A DNA stretch of 64,000 nucleotides, taken from positions 1-64,000 of the forward strand of contig JAQGDQ010000766.1 of NCBI GenBank assembly GCA_030141605.1, written 5' to 3'. Below the pieces are notes generated by a model. It did no database searches. It saw only the letters and a list, made by a program, of their open reading frames with translations, and was not told the origin of the DNA. Source of the DNA: Tubiluchus corallicola. Lineage: Eukaryota > Animalia > Priapulida. Below are positions 39,901-51,761 of the stretch, piece by piece. The first letter of the stretch is position 1, and every line of letters starts with the position of its first letter. A program made the translations under genes and the position numbers.

Positions 39901-41245
39901 GTAAAGACACGTGGTTTGGCGACGTACAGCAACAATTTTTCCATATTATCTGCGAGGGCATCATACTCTTCTACTTGTTGCTGTTATTTACCTTATCTGA
40001 TTCATCATCACTTTCTTATGGTACATAAGTTGTTAATGGTACATTGTTAGTTTGTATGTTAACATCTATCAGTTCATTTAGAACACCATTTTCAATTTCT
40101 CTCAGATTTTACATTCTCTCAGATTTGCACAAACTTAAAAGAAAATTGCCACACTCATATGTGACAAAATTTACAATTAGAAGAAAAATAAAATGTTATA
40201 TAAACGCCACACTTCAAGATTGGTTATGGAATTTTAGCTGTTAGCATAACGAATTAGCAATTAACAGTATGATAACAATGTGTATGTTGTCCTGCAATTA
40301 ACAGAATAAATCAACACGATCTAAAAGTTACATAAACACTTTATTGAAACAACAATATGGCTATGTACAGATCCAATGGTGCACAGCACTAGCTAACTTT
40401 CTTAGATAGGCTGCTGATTATGTAGATTAACACAGAGTTCATAGAAAAAATTATTCAGGTAGCTAAAAACTAAATTAAAAAAACGATAACTATAATTTAA
40501 AAAATAATCAGGGCTGAAGCAGTTCGTAAAAACTCTAGTCTAGCTTAACTCAAGGAGAGCACATGGCGTGGTCAGAATAGTTTAGCAAATTTCATGTAAC
40601 TATACCTGTTCTGTTCACTGAACTTAGATGAATTAGGACTACAGTCGTTTATTTTAAGCTGTTACATTTTTACATTAACGCTGTAATATTATTGCACTTA
40701 TAGTTTTTACTATAAGGCAGATTCTTTCTTATTAGTTAGCTAAATTTAGTAAAGGTTGCAACAACAATTACAAAATCGGAAGATATACCATTTAAATTGT
40801 AGATCAATCACAGGACTAAAAATCTCCATCTTCTTTCATGAAGAAGCGTTCCTAAAATCGCGGCGCTTCGATTTCACGTTGCCGACTCCATTTGTCACGA
40901 CTTGTATAAATAACAGCAAAAAATTTCTGTCTCACCTGCAGTGTAGATTTTGAAGAGTGGTGAAAATATTTAGACTGCCTCAAATGTAGGAAATAAATTT
41001 AATATAAATAATTAATACTTCAACATATATAAACAGCACGCTGGTATTAGCATTCTTCAACAGCAATAATAATAATAATAATAATAGTAATAACAATAAT
41101 AATATAAATAATACGATAATAATGATAATATTATTAATAATGATGATGATTATAGCATCAAGTCATCTTGTGTATTACATTTATGGCAAGAAAAAAAAAA
41201 TCAAATATTGATAATTAGAGAACAGAAAACCTCAACAACTAACAA
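36956..41245 (-). repeat. Arm of a recent inverted segmental duplication carrying ZNF-C (partner 58683-63871)
   Basis: Flanks and intron are collinear reverse complements; for example ORFs 39633-39869 and 60719-60955 differ by one residue. Confidence 0.95.
37624..39027 (-). CDS. ZNF-C: C2H2 zinc-finger protein, 7 fingers, with a triplicated 28-aa N-terminal segment
   Basis: TTTTTTGCAG acceptor (exon start 39066); ATG 39027; 84-bp x3 repeat at ~38753-39007. Confidence 0.92.
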   Translation of the reverse strand: MDETAQRVPGCVKIEPDILVNFVEGSTDVKVQTDNVPGRVKIEPDILVNFVEGSTDVKVQTDNVPGRVKIEPDILVNFVEGSTDVKVQTDNVKTESNFEKVDIRNNNKYNRVACGFQTGEMMVKTENDFLVDSDVKNTDICEVDIMVQPDIVHLKTDFSVLTNRKGNSLCDEVTDKDIKTANEFLKTESDASCDVVKESKEDLIEDELLASVNEKSPELLSFNLDRSDLSVKHNEIVTPSIQEKSRRFSHGADARNLKKHTRTHTGGKSYRCGQCDAAFTYSGQLKNHFRIHSGEKPFKCSQCGIAFARSDNLKSHLRAHTGEKPYKCSQCNAAFAHTGTLTRHSRIHTGEKPFKCGQCNAAFTDSGSFKTHLIIHTGEKPFKCSQCIASFVRSGRLKTHFRIHTGEKPYKCNHCHAAFSRSSARNVHLRIHTGEKPYKCSQCDAAFAQTGHLTRHSGIHCTTEKNH

Positions 41246-41746
41246 CGATAATTGGGCGTGTTTTATTCAAGATGTAATGAAGTAAAACAGCCATGCAACC
41301 GTAGATGTCCGCCATGTTGGAAATTTTAAAAGTACTTTCTTACCTTTATATACAGGACTGTATTATACCAACCACTCAAACAGTATTCTTATAAAAAAGT
41401 TACTTACTGTAGCGCTTCACAAACTCACACAACACGAAAAACAGGAATAGTGGTACCTTGTGTTCACACAATATTAAATGAACAAATTTACACAATAATG
41501 AAAATAGCAATACCACTTACTTAGCTCGTACAAGCAAAGGAGACTGTACGTCTCTTGTCCCGTGCTTTTATACCTGGCCTGGCTTCGGACCGGTCCACTT
41601 CAAAACAGAAAAGGTATTTGTAAAGTAGCTCAGCAGTAGGTCTAGCTACATTTCAAGTCTAAGCAGTAAACAACTGTACAGACGAGTATGCTTGAATATA
41701 ATGCTCTCTCTCACTCCCTACCTCCCTTCCTTTCTCCCTCCCTCTC

Positions 41747-41995
<249 letters not shown>

Positions 41996-42112
41996 TCATT
42001 TATCTTCCCTCTATTTACCTGTATTCTGAATCAGCTCTCTATCTTCATTCTGTATATGTAGATGTACATGTAGGAAAATGTTCTTTAAGCATTTGTCAAT
42101 GAAATACTACGA

Positions 42113-42278
42113 CGGGGGCGTGTAGTAATCATGTGCTCAAAGCAGCCGTGTCACGTGACCACAACAAACTCGTTCAAACCTAACTACAGCGGGGGCGTGA
42201 GAAAATTACTGAAGGCTGTAGTAATCACGTGATCAAAACGGAAACCAAACGTGTCACGTGATCACAACAAAGTTCAAC
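42113..42278. promoter_or_regulatory. Duplicated GC-box plus E-box module between divergently oriented ZNF-C and ZNF-D
   Basis: Two copies of GGGGGCGTG...TAGTAATCA(T/C)GTG.TCAAA...GTGTCACGTGA(C/T)CACAACAAA. Confidence 0.45.
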
Positions 42279-43347
42279 TTCAAAACGGATCAAAACAAAC
42301 TCAGCTGTTTGATGTAATCAATTCAATCAGACAAAAATTTAAAAACTTCAAGGGGGATATCGGACATGGGCTAATGTCGGACATTGAGTTTTGCATTTGC
42401 CTAAGACCCATTAAACAACCTGGACGCTGTTTTTTTAATACAGACACATCACATCTTTAGACTGGCATATTCACTATTGTCTTGTAGTTTGTCTTCTGGC
42501 AGCCACATGGTCGTGAACATACAATCTCGCGTAGTGAGTACGTTTATCCCTGACTGTATTTGCTGATAAACAGACCTAATTATATACATTAATTATATAC
42601 AGCATCCTCTTCTGAAGTAGGTTATTTTGTAAGTTACTTCTTCCCTGATGCTTTGATGCCACACTTTGTAAACCACCATATTTGTTGTTTATTATACAAC
42701 TCAATGAAGCAATGTCCGACTTTACCCAAAGGCCTAGGCTTATGTCAGACAATTAAATTCTTGTGTCTGACTTTATCCAGAATTAATTGTTTGTGTTGGT
42801 AAAAAACACGTAAATGTAAAATTGTAGAAATAACATGATCTTTATAGTTTTGCAACATTGGGAGGAAAGCGTACAGAGCCTGATGAAATTTCAATTAATT
42901 ATCTACTTGTTTATATCTTGTATCTTGTTGCATTCATTACTGTCAATTACACAGCATCTTCGACCTTGGACCTACCGTGGACCTTATTTGATTTATCGTT
43001 TATTCCAAACATAAAGCTCATATAAACACAATTATAGCATCAATAAAGAACAGTTAGTAACATACACACACAGTACTTACAAAGTTACACTACTATACAG
43101 CATTTACAATTAGGACACGAGCATGGGCTCAAACTCATGATAACTGATTAAATTAAATGCTCGACTATGGCAAGATATGCCAGTGCTTTAGTGTAAAGGA
43201 TGTTTATCCAATATTGCCGTACAAACTAAATTATCACTATTTCAAGTTCTCTTTGGAAGACTGAACAGACTTCTTTGTATCACATCAAAATACAACAAGT
43301 TCAGTTCATGTAGACCTAGCACTGTAGTCGTGAGGATAGGTAAACAA

Positions 43348-43455
<108 letters not shown>

Positions 43456-44439
43456 AAGGATATTTTATGCTTAATTTTTTACATTGTTGATGTTCATTGA
43501 TATAATGATTGAAGCCAACGCGAAATGTTATTATTATTATTATTCGTAAGCTTGTTTACGTTGTGTGCTTGTGTGTTTATTTACTTGTATTTTCGTTGTA
43601 TATATTTTTAATGTTGTATTAATATGATATGAACGAAAGTTTGAAATAAGAAGTAAATCGAATCAAATCAAATCTTGCAAAAATTGTACGCTATTCTGAT
43701 CTTTTAAATTTATAATGGTAGAAGAATCTTCATATTGCCATACAATAAGAATTACTACAAAATGAATTAAACAGATATTTTTTTCACATTTGGTGTGCAA
43801 AATTGACCAACACTCTATACGTTTCTACCCGGTGGGATTGTATAATGTGAAGTGCACTTGTCATGTTGGACAAACTATAATCAATTTTCAAAGAAAAAAT
43901 TGAAAAGGTTTTTAGTAACTGCAGTGTTTGCACTGTAACCATGTACAGTATTACTTGTGTGAAATCAGCTAACTAAAAAAATTCAATTATCCACATACAG
44001 ATATTCTTTTCACTGAGTGCTGTATCAATACTGCACATATAATAGTAAGACTTTAGACCCAGCAAACATCTAGAAAGTTCACTTGTACCATGTGCATTCC
44101 GCTTGTAATAGTAAAAAAGCAATTTTTAGAAAGACATTATGTCAGAAGATTTCAGAGAAAAACTTGCAGATTCAGTACTTTGCAAATATTGTCTTGAAAA
44201 CCTGTATGATAATAAAGATAGTCATAATATTAATAATAATAGTAATAACAATAATAATAAAACAACAATGAATGGACGATCATCATTAATAAACTATATG
44301 CATCATTGTTGATGATGTAGCTAACAGTAAAGTGTTTATGTACGTTGCTACTATTAAGTGTTAACATTAATTTATTAGCTGCATTTGTGGCAATCTTGAA
44401 TCCAGCAACTCTGTAATCAAAACTTAATTTTTATTTTGT

Positions 44440-44610
44440 TTATTCAATAACAGGGATCGTGAGAAATGCGGGTAGCAGCGCAAAATCGAATCGCCGCCAT
44501 TCTAGAAAATCTTCCTAAGGGGAAGATGGAGTTTTTATTATCGTGGCTGAAAATTTAAGACAAGTATTACTGTGATCTGTGGTTTGTTTACAGTTTATAT
44601 GGTAAATTTC
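44440..44610 (+). promoter_or_regulatory. Conserved upstream module (candidate promoter or non-coding exon 1) of ZNF-D; homologues at ~53990-54175 (E), ~58970-59100 (F) and ~40780-40950 minus (C)
   Basis: Shared TCGTGA...AAATCGAA.CGCCG...TTTAG.AA...GAAGATGGAG...ATG|GTA(A/T)AT in gene-sense orientation. Confidence 0.55.
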
Positions 44611-44959
44611 GTCGATTTTATAAGTTTTTCGCTGTGCTATTTTATTTACACTTGGCCAAGCTATGTAATTAATAATAAGAGTTGTAAAAAACGCATATGT
44701 GCCCGTGCTTTGCAAAACTGTCCATAGTGCGCTAGGCATAAATTTTTAATGATATGCATATTCTTATTCTCCTGTTTATGCTGATCATTTTGGTACTAGT
44801 TTCAGCTCTCTGCGATGTTTCTGAGCCAATATGTTGACATTAAATTATGTTAGTAGAAATATGAGTGCAATAATATAATACTATAATATAATATAATATA
44901 CGTTTACGTGACCAACTAATTGATGTATACAAATATGTGTATGGAGTTTACAGCTGTGA

Positions 44960-45160
44960 TGATTGTCCTGTTAAATTAGAAGTACATCGTACAGCAAGAT
45001 CAGGTCCTATTCTTCGTAAATCAAGAACTGCACACAAAACTGGTAAATACGACTATTTTCTTGTACGATGCCAGAAATCTGGAATAGATTGTCCTGTGAT
45101 GTGAGAACAGCAACATCTGTAAATTCATTTAAATCAAAATTAGATAGACACTATGAACAT
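44960..45160 (+). mobile_element. CR1-like LINE 3'-end fragment
   Basis: Encodes WNRLSCDVRTATSVNSFKSKLDRH, typical of the CR1 ORF2 C-terminus. Confidence 0.6.
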
Positions 45161-45856
45161 CATTCTTTGAAATTTAATTACCGTGCTAATTGGAACATGC
45201 CTATAACAAGGATGCTGGATTACATATTATAGTGAGAAAACTTGCCGGTGGAGCCACCTAGGTGTTGATGACAATCTATTGTATGTGCAATTTGTCGCAA
45301 TTACAGTCGAAGAACTATTTGTCTCAAAAGTTATATTATAACTACTGGAGATTTACTACTACATAATATAATTAATGCAAAATAACAGCTGAAAATAAAC
45401 TAATTCTAATTTCAGTTTATTTAAGTTTATCTGAGCAAAATATTTGTAGTTACACCAAATTCGCTAAAATATTGTGACCACGCCATGCGCTATTGTATTC
45501 ATTTAAGCTAGACTAGATTTTTATGCACTGTTACTTGCTTCATTATTCTTGACGTCACAGACATTGTTTTTCAAAGAACAACTACCTACATTTTGCAAAC
45601 CTACTACTTTATTTGAAATAATTGCATCTGACAAACATTGAATGTGTGAATGGCTTGTAAATGGTCCACAAGTCGCCATAATTAAAACTACGTTATGATG
45701 CTTCAAACTAGAATGACCCAAAAATTTGGATAAATTTAAATTTTTCGTATTTTATAAAAACAAATGCTAAATATATTAGACTTTTATATCTTAGTAAGTA
45801 AATAAGTATCTTCTTCACCTTTTTACAAGAAAACACAGTGCATGAAACGATAATAT

Positions 45857-46190
45857 TGTAACGGATCCGGGTTACAGCACGGATCCATCTCAGGATGTAT
45901 AGAGCGGCATACAAGTTATGAAATACTTTACAGCAGACGAGAAAAGTTAAAAGAATACGAATGTAAAATAAACTTTAATGCACAACCAGGAGCTCCATGA
46001 CATGTGAACAGATTTTTGTATAAAAATTAGCAAACCTACAGCATTCACCTTTACAGACAGAAAGGCCAGGTTGGAATCCTCAAATTACGGCATGCATTCT
46101 GTTTTATACAGGTACATTTGCATTACTGGGCTTCTCAACCAATACCCATTACTAACATTAGGGGGTTGGTCATAATCTGCCTTCGTAACA
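45857..46190. mobile_element. Solo LTR (334 bp), Gypsy-like
   Basis: TGTAACG...CGTAACA termini with 4-bp TSD ATAT on both sides. Confidence 0.7.
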
Positions 46191-46601
46191 ATATGATACA
46201 ATGTAACAACGTTATTTTAATGATTAATTTATCTGAGATATGATAGTAAATTGATTAGTAAAAGGGTGGCAAAGAACTAAAAGTTATCAAAGTCAACCAC
46301 CCAGTAAGTGAAGCTGCTATAAGTAATTAATTATGTGAGCAATTATCTTGATGAAATTTTCAGAATTAGATGTGATGAAAGTTTACATATGAAGCATTAA
46401 CTAGTTGCTTAAGCGTACTAAAGGAAGGGTTAGTGTACTAAGATTGAACATATGAAACTTAGGTTTAAATTTTGATATACATATCAAGGATATAAAGACA
46501 TAATAAATACATATAATATTGACATGGTAAACATATACTAACTGAATATGCACATACATATAGCATCGTAGGATGCTCATGCATGTACACACACATGAAT
46601 A

Positions 46602-46649
46602 CATTATTTAAAAAAATACACAGATATCTGTGTATTTTTTTAAATAATG
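46602..46649. repeat. Perfect 48-bp palindrome
   Basis: CATTATTTAAAAAAATACACAGAT|ATCTGTGTATTTTTTTAAATAATG. Confidence 0.92.
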
Positions 46650-46882
46650 CCATATGTATATATATGTGACACTATTTAAAAAAATATACACACACATAGA
46701 GATGTGTAGATATTAGGTAGAGAGAAATGCCTTACTTCTCAACTTTCACTTACATGTTGGTACTGCATATAGCACATTTCCAATATGGCATCTAGATAAT
46801 CATGAGGCCTCTAACTGCTGTGAAATTGCATTATTATAATAGTACTGGTGGCATTCTAATAGCATTCTAATGTTTACATATA

Positions 46883-47281
46883 CAGTCGACCCTCGTTAAA
46901 CCGGACCCCATTAGTGTTATATCGGATAAGACGGACGTCATCCGTGGTAAAGGAAACTGACCGATTTCCGACCGAGCTAGAGCGCTAAACACAACACGGC
47001 CTACCAACTCACCATGAGCCATTGACGGGCCGAAGCGGCTCGCGGTACGATTCCCGCCAAAATTGCGTACCCCATCGAAAGCACTCGCTAATTTCTTTAT
47101 CCTCACAGGTTAACTATTTTAATGTAATATACAGTGTAGCATATAGTGCAATGTATATAGGCCTTATTAAGGTGATGATTCCTGTATAATATAGACCATG
47201 TATAGGCATATCGGATGAATTGGACAATCGGCTAAACCAACCTCCCCCCAATTAGTCCGGTTTAACGAGGGTTGACGAGCG
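46883..47281. mobile_element. pogo/Tigger-like MITE
   Basis: TA-CAGTCGACCCTCGTTAAACCGGAC inverted with GTCCGGTTTAACGAGGGTTGAC. Confidence 0.8.
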
Positions 47282-47639
47282 TATTATATAAATATATACA
47301 CATACATACATATACATATAAATAAATATACATGCCTAGCAGGAAAAAACACGAAGTTATTAAGACTAACAGGCGATTGCGGTATAGACTTGTAACACAA
47401 AGTACAATTTCAGAAGTAGTACTGCAATAATATGTTCAAAAATAGCTTTACTACTATTTCTGTAACAAAATTCATTGTTACTATTCACTGTAAGTTGGGG
47501 TCTAGACTTTTAGCATTATTAATAAGTAATACTAGTAAGTGAGATTTACCATTCATACGTGTGTATATATACAGTTTGGTAAGCTCAACTTGAGTGGAAA
47601 GTAGTAGTTTAAGTTTTAGTTGTGTAGGCAGTTCCAACA

Positions 47640-49310
47640 CTAGGTATATAGAGAAATAAGCTTGTTTTTATAGTTTGAGACAAGATGATTAAGGGATTTG
47701 ATTTTGAACTCTTAAGGAATAGAGTTTCAACGTACTTGAGCGAACATTAAGCATTGGTTGTATTGCATCTTTTGACGCTATAAGTGTTACTTGACGCAAA
47801 GCGTGTTTGGTAATATTGCAAAGCTGAAGGTTCGCTCAAGTATCCATTAAATAGTTTAGGTAGCTTATGATTCTTAAATTTAAAAACAAATCTAGCCATT
47901 TCTAGGTTATAGATAACAATTTTTTTTTAAAATTCTTAGTTGATTATAATAAGATGTTGCATGGTCCCTGAAACCAGCAAAACAGACAGCTTTTACAATC
48001 TTGTTTTGAGGTACAGCAACATTGTGTGTCAGTTTTGTTGGCTGATCCCCATGTAAGTATTCCGTATTGTAAGTAGGGAAAAACTAGTCCGTAATATATT
48101 AATTTCAAAGTTTGCTTATGTAGGTAGAGCCGAGGTTTAAAAAATAATCCTGTTATTTTACTAATTTTATACGTTACATGTTTTATATGTGTACTCCAGT
48201 TAAGCTTGCTATCGATATAAACACCCAGATATTTTATATCATTCGACCGACTAATAATTATATTATTAATTTTAACTTGGTTGTCTTCATCTGCATTAAG
48301 TTTTCGATTTGAAAAGAGAATAAACTTAGTTTTGTGATAGTTTAATGTTAGTTAATTTTCCTTTAACCAGGTATCAATTTTATTTAATTGTTGGTTGATA
48401 GTATTTTGTAGATTATGGATATCAGATCCAGCCATAAATAGGTTAGTATCATCCGCAAACATTCGTGTATCAAGGTTAGTACAATCAGGGAGTTCATTGA
48501 TATACAACAAAAATAGTAATGGTCCCAGGGTAGTGCCTTGAGGAATCCCACATGTGACTTGAGCCGATTTAGATTTTGTATCCCCAATGGCTGTAAACTG
48601 TTTGCGATTCGTAAGATAGGAAACAAAGAATTTAAGTACATATCCTTTTATACCATAGTGGTTAAGTTTTTTGATTAGTGTATTGTGTTGGACAGAATCA
48701 AATGCTTTTTGTAGATCCAGAAAAATTCCGCATGTTATTATCAAGATTTTCTAGTATTCTGTCAACTAATTCAGATGTAACAAGAGCAGTAGCATCCTTT
48801 TTCTGAAAACCAAACTGAAAATCCGTTTTCGTTAAAAATTTTGTTAAGACATTTTTTTGATATTGGGGAAAGTAATGAAATAGGTCTATAGTTATTTAAT
48901 TTGGTGATTCAGCTTTGTATATTTGAACAATTTTAGCATTTTTCAACTTATCAGGGAATACAGCTTAGATCAATTAGCGGTGGACTAATTGTTTTATAAT
49001 ATTGGATGGGTATCTCATCTGGTGCTGAAGATTTATTACTGTTAAAGTTATTTATCTTACTAAGAATTTCCTGTTCGTAAATTTGGGCAATGAAAACATG
49101 TTTTGTACAGGGTTTTTAAGAAAGTTATTATGACTAGTGTTAGTTTTTTTGGATTTTAGTGGCTAGCTTATTACTTTCAGAGGTAAAGTGTTCATTGAAA
49201 GCATCACACATAATTGCCTGATTACTTGTTTCCATTCCATTGACTTTAATTTTATTAGTAAGACGGCATCTCTGTTTTTACGACATCAAATAAATTTGTA
49301 ATTGATAATG
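47640..49310 (-). mobile_element. 5'-truncated, frameshifted LINE (CR1/L2 group) reverse transcriptase, antisense in the presumed ZNF-D intron
   Basis: FLDLQKAFDSV.H, GIPQGTTLGPLLFLLYIN and FADDT motifs in ORF 48352-48744; NNYRPISLL upstream; KYLGVYID downstream. Confidence 0.9.
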
Positions 49311-49357
49311 ACTCAGTAGTTTAAGAATAAATGTGCTGTATGTATTAAATCAAAGTA

Positions 49358-50040
49358 CCATATTTTCCCATGTATAAGAGACCCTTGTGTATAAGAGACC
49401 CCTTCAATTTTTAGGCAAAAATTCTGGAAAAAAGTTTTTTGGTAATGAATAACTTTATTCATCATAGAAATCATTAAATTCCTCATCACTCTCATCAAAA
49501 ATATCAACTGGAGTCAGACCTTCAGCAATTCCAGCCAGTTCATCATCAGCCAGTGCTGCGTACCTGCAAACCTGTAACAGGAAAAGATAAAACGAGGAGA
49601 TAATGCCTGTGTCACGATGCTTGTATTGCTTACAACCGCTTCATAGTCGAACGCGACACGCCTTGCTTAGGCTGACTCATCTCGTTGACCTCTGCCGACA
49701 TATCAATGACGTCGATGGGCATGCAGAGAGCTTATGCAGATGCGTTGATTGGCTGCAGAACAATCGATTTCTCTCCAATACCAAAGAGACATTTAAAAAA
49801 ATAATAACTTACCCGGTACATTAATTTTATCATTAGAATTTAGCCATGGAGAAGATTTATTGAAAGGAAACTATAATTATTCGAAATAAAACAGTTGTAG
49901 AGCACTTATTTCATTAAAATCATTAGTGTCACAATTTATGCATCTTATTGAAAAGACTTACTCCCATGTATAAGAGACCCCCTATTTTTAAAGTGAAAAT
50001 TCTGAGCAAAAAAGGGTCTCTTATACATGGGAAAATACGG
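49358..50040 (-). mobile_element. Tc1/mariner-superfamily (pogo/Tc2-like) internally deleted element
   Basis: TA TSDs; TIRs CCATATTTTCCCATGTATAAGAGACCC / GGGTCTCTTATACATGGGAAAATACGG; subterminal TGTATAAGAGACCC repeats; acidic tail DIFDESDEEFNDFYDE* on the minus strand. Confidence 0.88.
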
Positions 50041-50228
50041 TAATTACATGTATTTAACATTAATCGTTGCGTTTCTGCTGCTGAATCCATCATTATCGTA
50101 ATCTAATTGGTCTAGTGTGATTGTTGTTTAATGTTAAATCATTTATTTGACAGCAGTTTGGGAAATTTTCGATTCTTTTTTCTTTGCAGAGAGCTGGCAT
50201 TGTGGCCTCTCTTCCTGTGACTACAAAG

Positions 50229-51761
50229 ATGGACGAGACTACACAAGGAGTTCCTGGATGTGTGAAAATTGAACCTGATATTTTAGTTAACTGGATGAAG
50301 GGCAGCTCTCGTGATGAAATGCAACCTGACAATGTAAAAACTGAGAATGACGTCCTCGCAGACTATCTGGAAAACACTGATATCTGTAAAACAGGCATAA
50401 CTGTGGAACCTGACATTGTCCACAAGGAAACTGACTTCAGTGTTTTGATGAATAGCGAAGGTAATAGTTTGAGTGACAAAGTAACAGATGAAGATGTAAA
50501 AATTACTTATGAATCTGTAAAAATTGAACCTGATGCTTCAGATGCCGTAGTGAAGGAAAGCAAAGAGGATTTAATGGAAGATGAACTTTTGGCATGTGTG
50601 AACAATAAAAGTAAAGAGCTGCTGTCGTTTAAGTTTGATCACATTGATCCTGCTGATAAATACGATCAAATCGTAGCTCATTCCATTCAAAATTCACCAG
50701 AAACCACTAGTTTGAGCCACGGGCGAAAAATGTCTTTTAAGTGCCTTGAATGTGATGCCGTTTTAGCAAGTAAACGTGGTTTAAAAGTACACATGAGAAC
50801 TCACGCTGAAGAAAAGCCATCTAAGTGTAGTCAGCGTGATGCTGCATTTGCTCATGCAAATGATTTGCAAGTACATTCAACAGCTCACACTGGAGAGAAA
50901 CCCCACAAGTGTAGTCAGTGTGATGCTGCATTTGCTTACTCATGTCATCTCAAAACACATTTTAGAATTCACACTGGAGAGAAACCATTCAAGTGTAATT
51001 ATTGTGATGCTGCATTTAGTCGGGCAAATGCTAAGAAAGTGCATTTACGAACTCACACTGGAGAAAAACCATACAAGTGCAGTCAGTGTAGCGCTGCATT
51101 TGCACATGCAAGTAATCTGAAGATGCATTCAAGAACTCATACTGGGGAAAGGCCATACAAGTGTACTCAGTGCGTTGCTGTATTTGCTAATGCAAGTACT
51201 TTCAAGATACATTTAAGGGCTCACACTGGAGAAAAGCCATTCAAGTGTTGGCAGTGTGATGCTGCATTTACTCGGGCAGGGAGCATGAAAGCTCATTTAA
51301 GAATTCACACTGGAGAGAAACCTTTCAAGTGTTCTCTGTGTAATGCTGCATTTGCCTATTCATGTCATCTCAAAACCCATTTTAGAATTCACACTGGAGA
51401 AAAACCTTTCAATTGCAGCGAGTGCAAGGCTGCATTTGCTTACTCGAGCCATCTTAAGACACATTTTAGAATTCACACTGGAGAAAAGCCATTCAAGTGC
51501 AATTTGTGTGGTGCCGCATTTGCTCAGGCAGTCAATCTGAGAAAGCACTCTAGAACTCACACTGGGGAAAAACCATACATGTGCACTCAATGCGATGCTG
51601 TATTTGCTCATGCTGGTAATCTTAAGGTGCATTTCAGAACTCACACTGGAGAGAAACCATTTAAGTGCAATCTGTGTGATGCTGCATTTGCTCAGGCAGT
51701 CACTCTGAGAAAACATTCAAGAATTCATACTAAAGAAAAACCAGTCATGTCAGCACTATGA
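50229..51761 (+). CDS. ZNF-D: C2H2 zinc-finger protein, 11 intact and 1 degenerate finger
   Basis: TTTGCAG acceptor ends 50189; ATG 50229; TGEKP-linked fingers. Confidence 0.92.
   Translation: MDETTQGVPGCVKIEPDILVNWMKGSSRDEMQPDNVKTENDVLADYLENTDICKTGITVEPDIVHKETDFSVLMNSEGNSLSDKVTDEDVKITYESVKIEPDASDAVVKESKEDLMEDELLACVNNKSKELLSFKFDHIDPADKYDQIVAHSIQNSPETTSLSHGRKMSFKCLECDAVLASKRGLKVHMRTHAEEKPSKCSQRDAAFAHANDLQVHSTAHTGEKPHKCSQCDAAFAYSCHLKTHFRIHTGEKPFKCNYCDAAFSRANAKKVHLRTHTGEKPYKCSQCSAAFAHASNLKMHSRTHTGERPYKCTQCVAVFANASTFKIHLRAHTGEKPFKCWQCDAAFTRAGSMKAHLRIHTGEKPFKCSLCNAAFAYSCHLKTHFRIHTGEKPFNCSECKAAFAYSSHLKTHFRIHTGEKPFKCNLCGAAFAQAVNLRKHSRTHTGEKPYMCTQCDAVFAHAGNLKVHFRTHTGEKPFKCNLCDAAFAQAVTLRKHSRIHTKEKPVMSAL

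Noticed and set aside
50184-50228. ORF-track N-terminal extensions (MQRAG.. in C, D, F; MDLVAK in B)
   Set aside because: These are TTG starts overlapping or near the splice acceptor, and leader phase is not conserved among paralogues.
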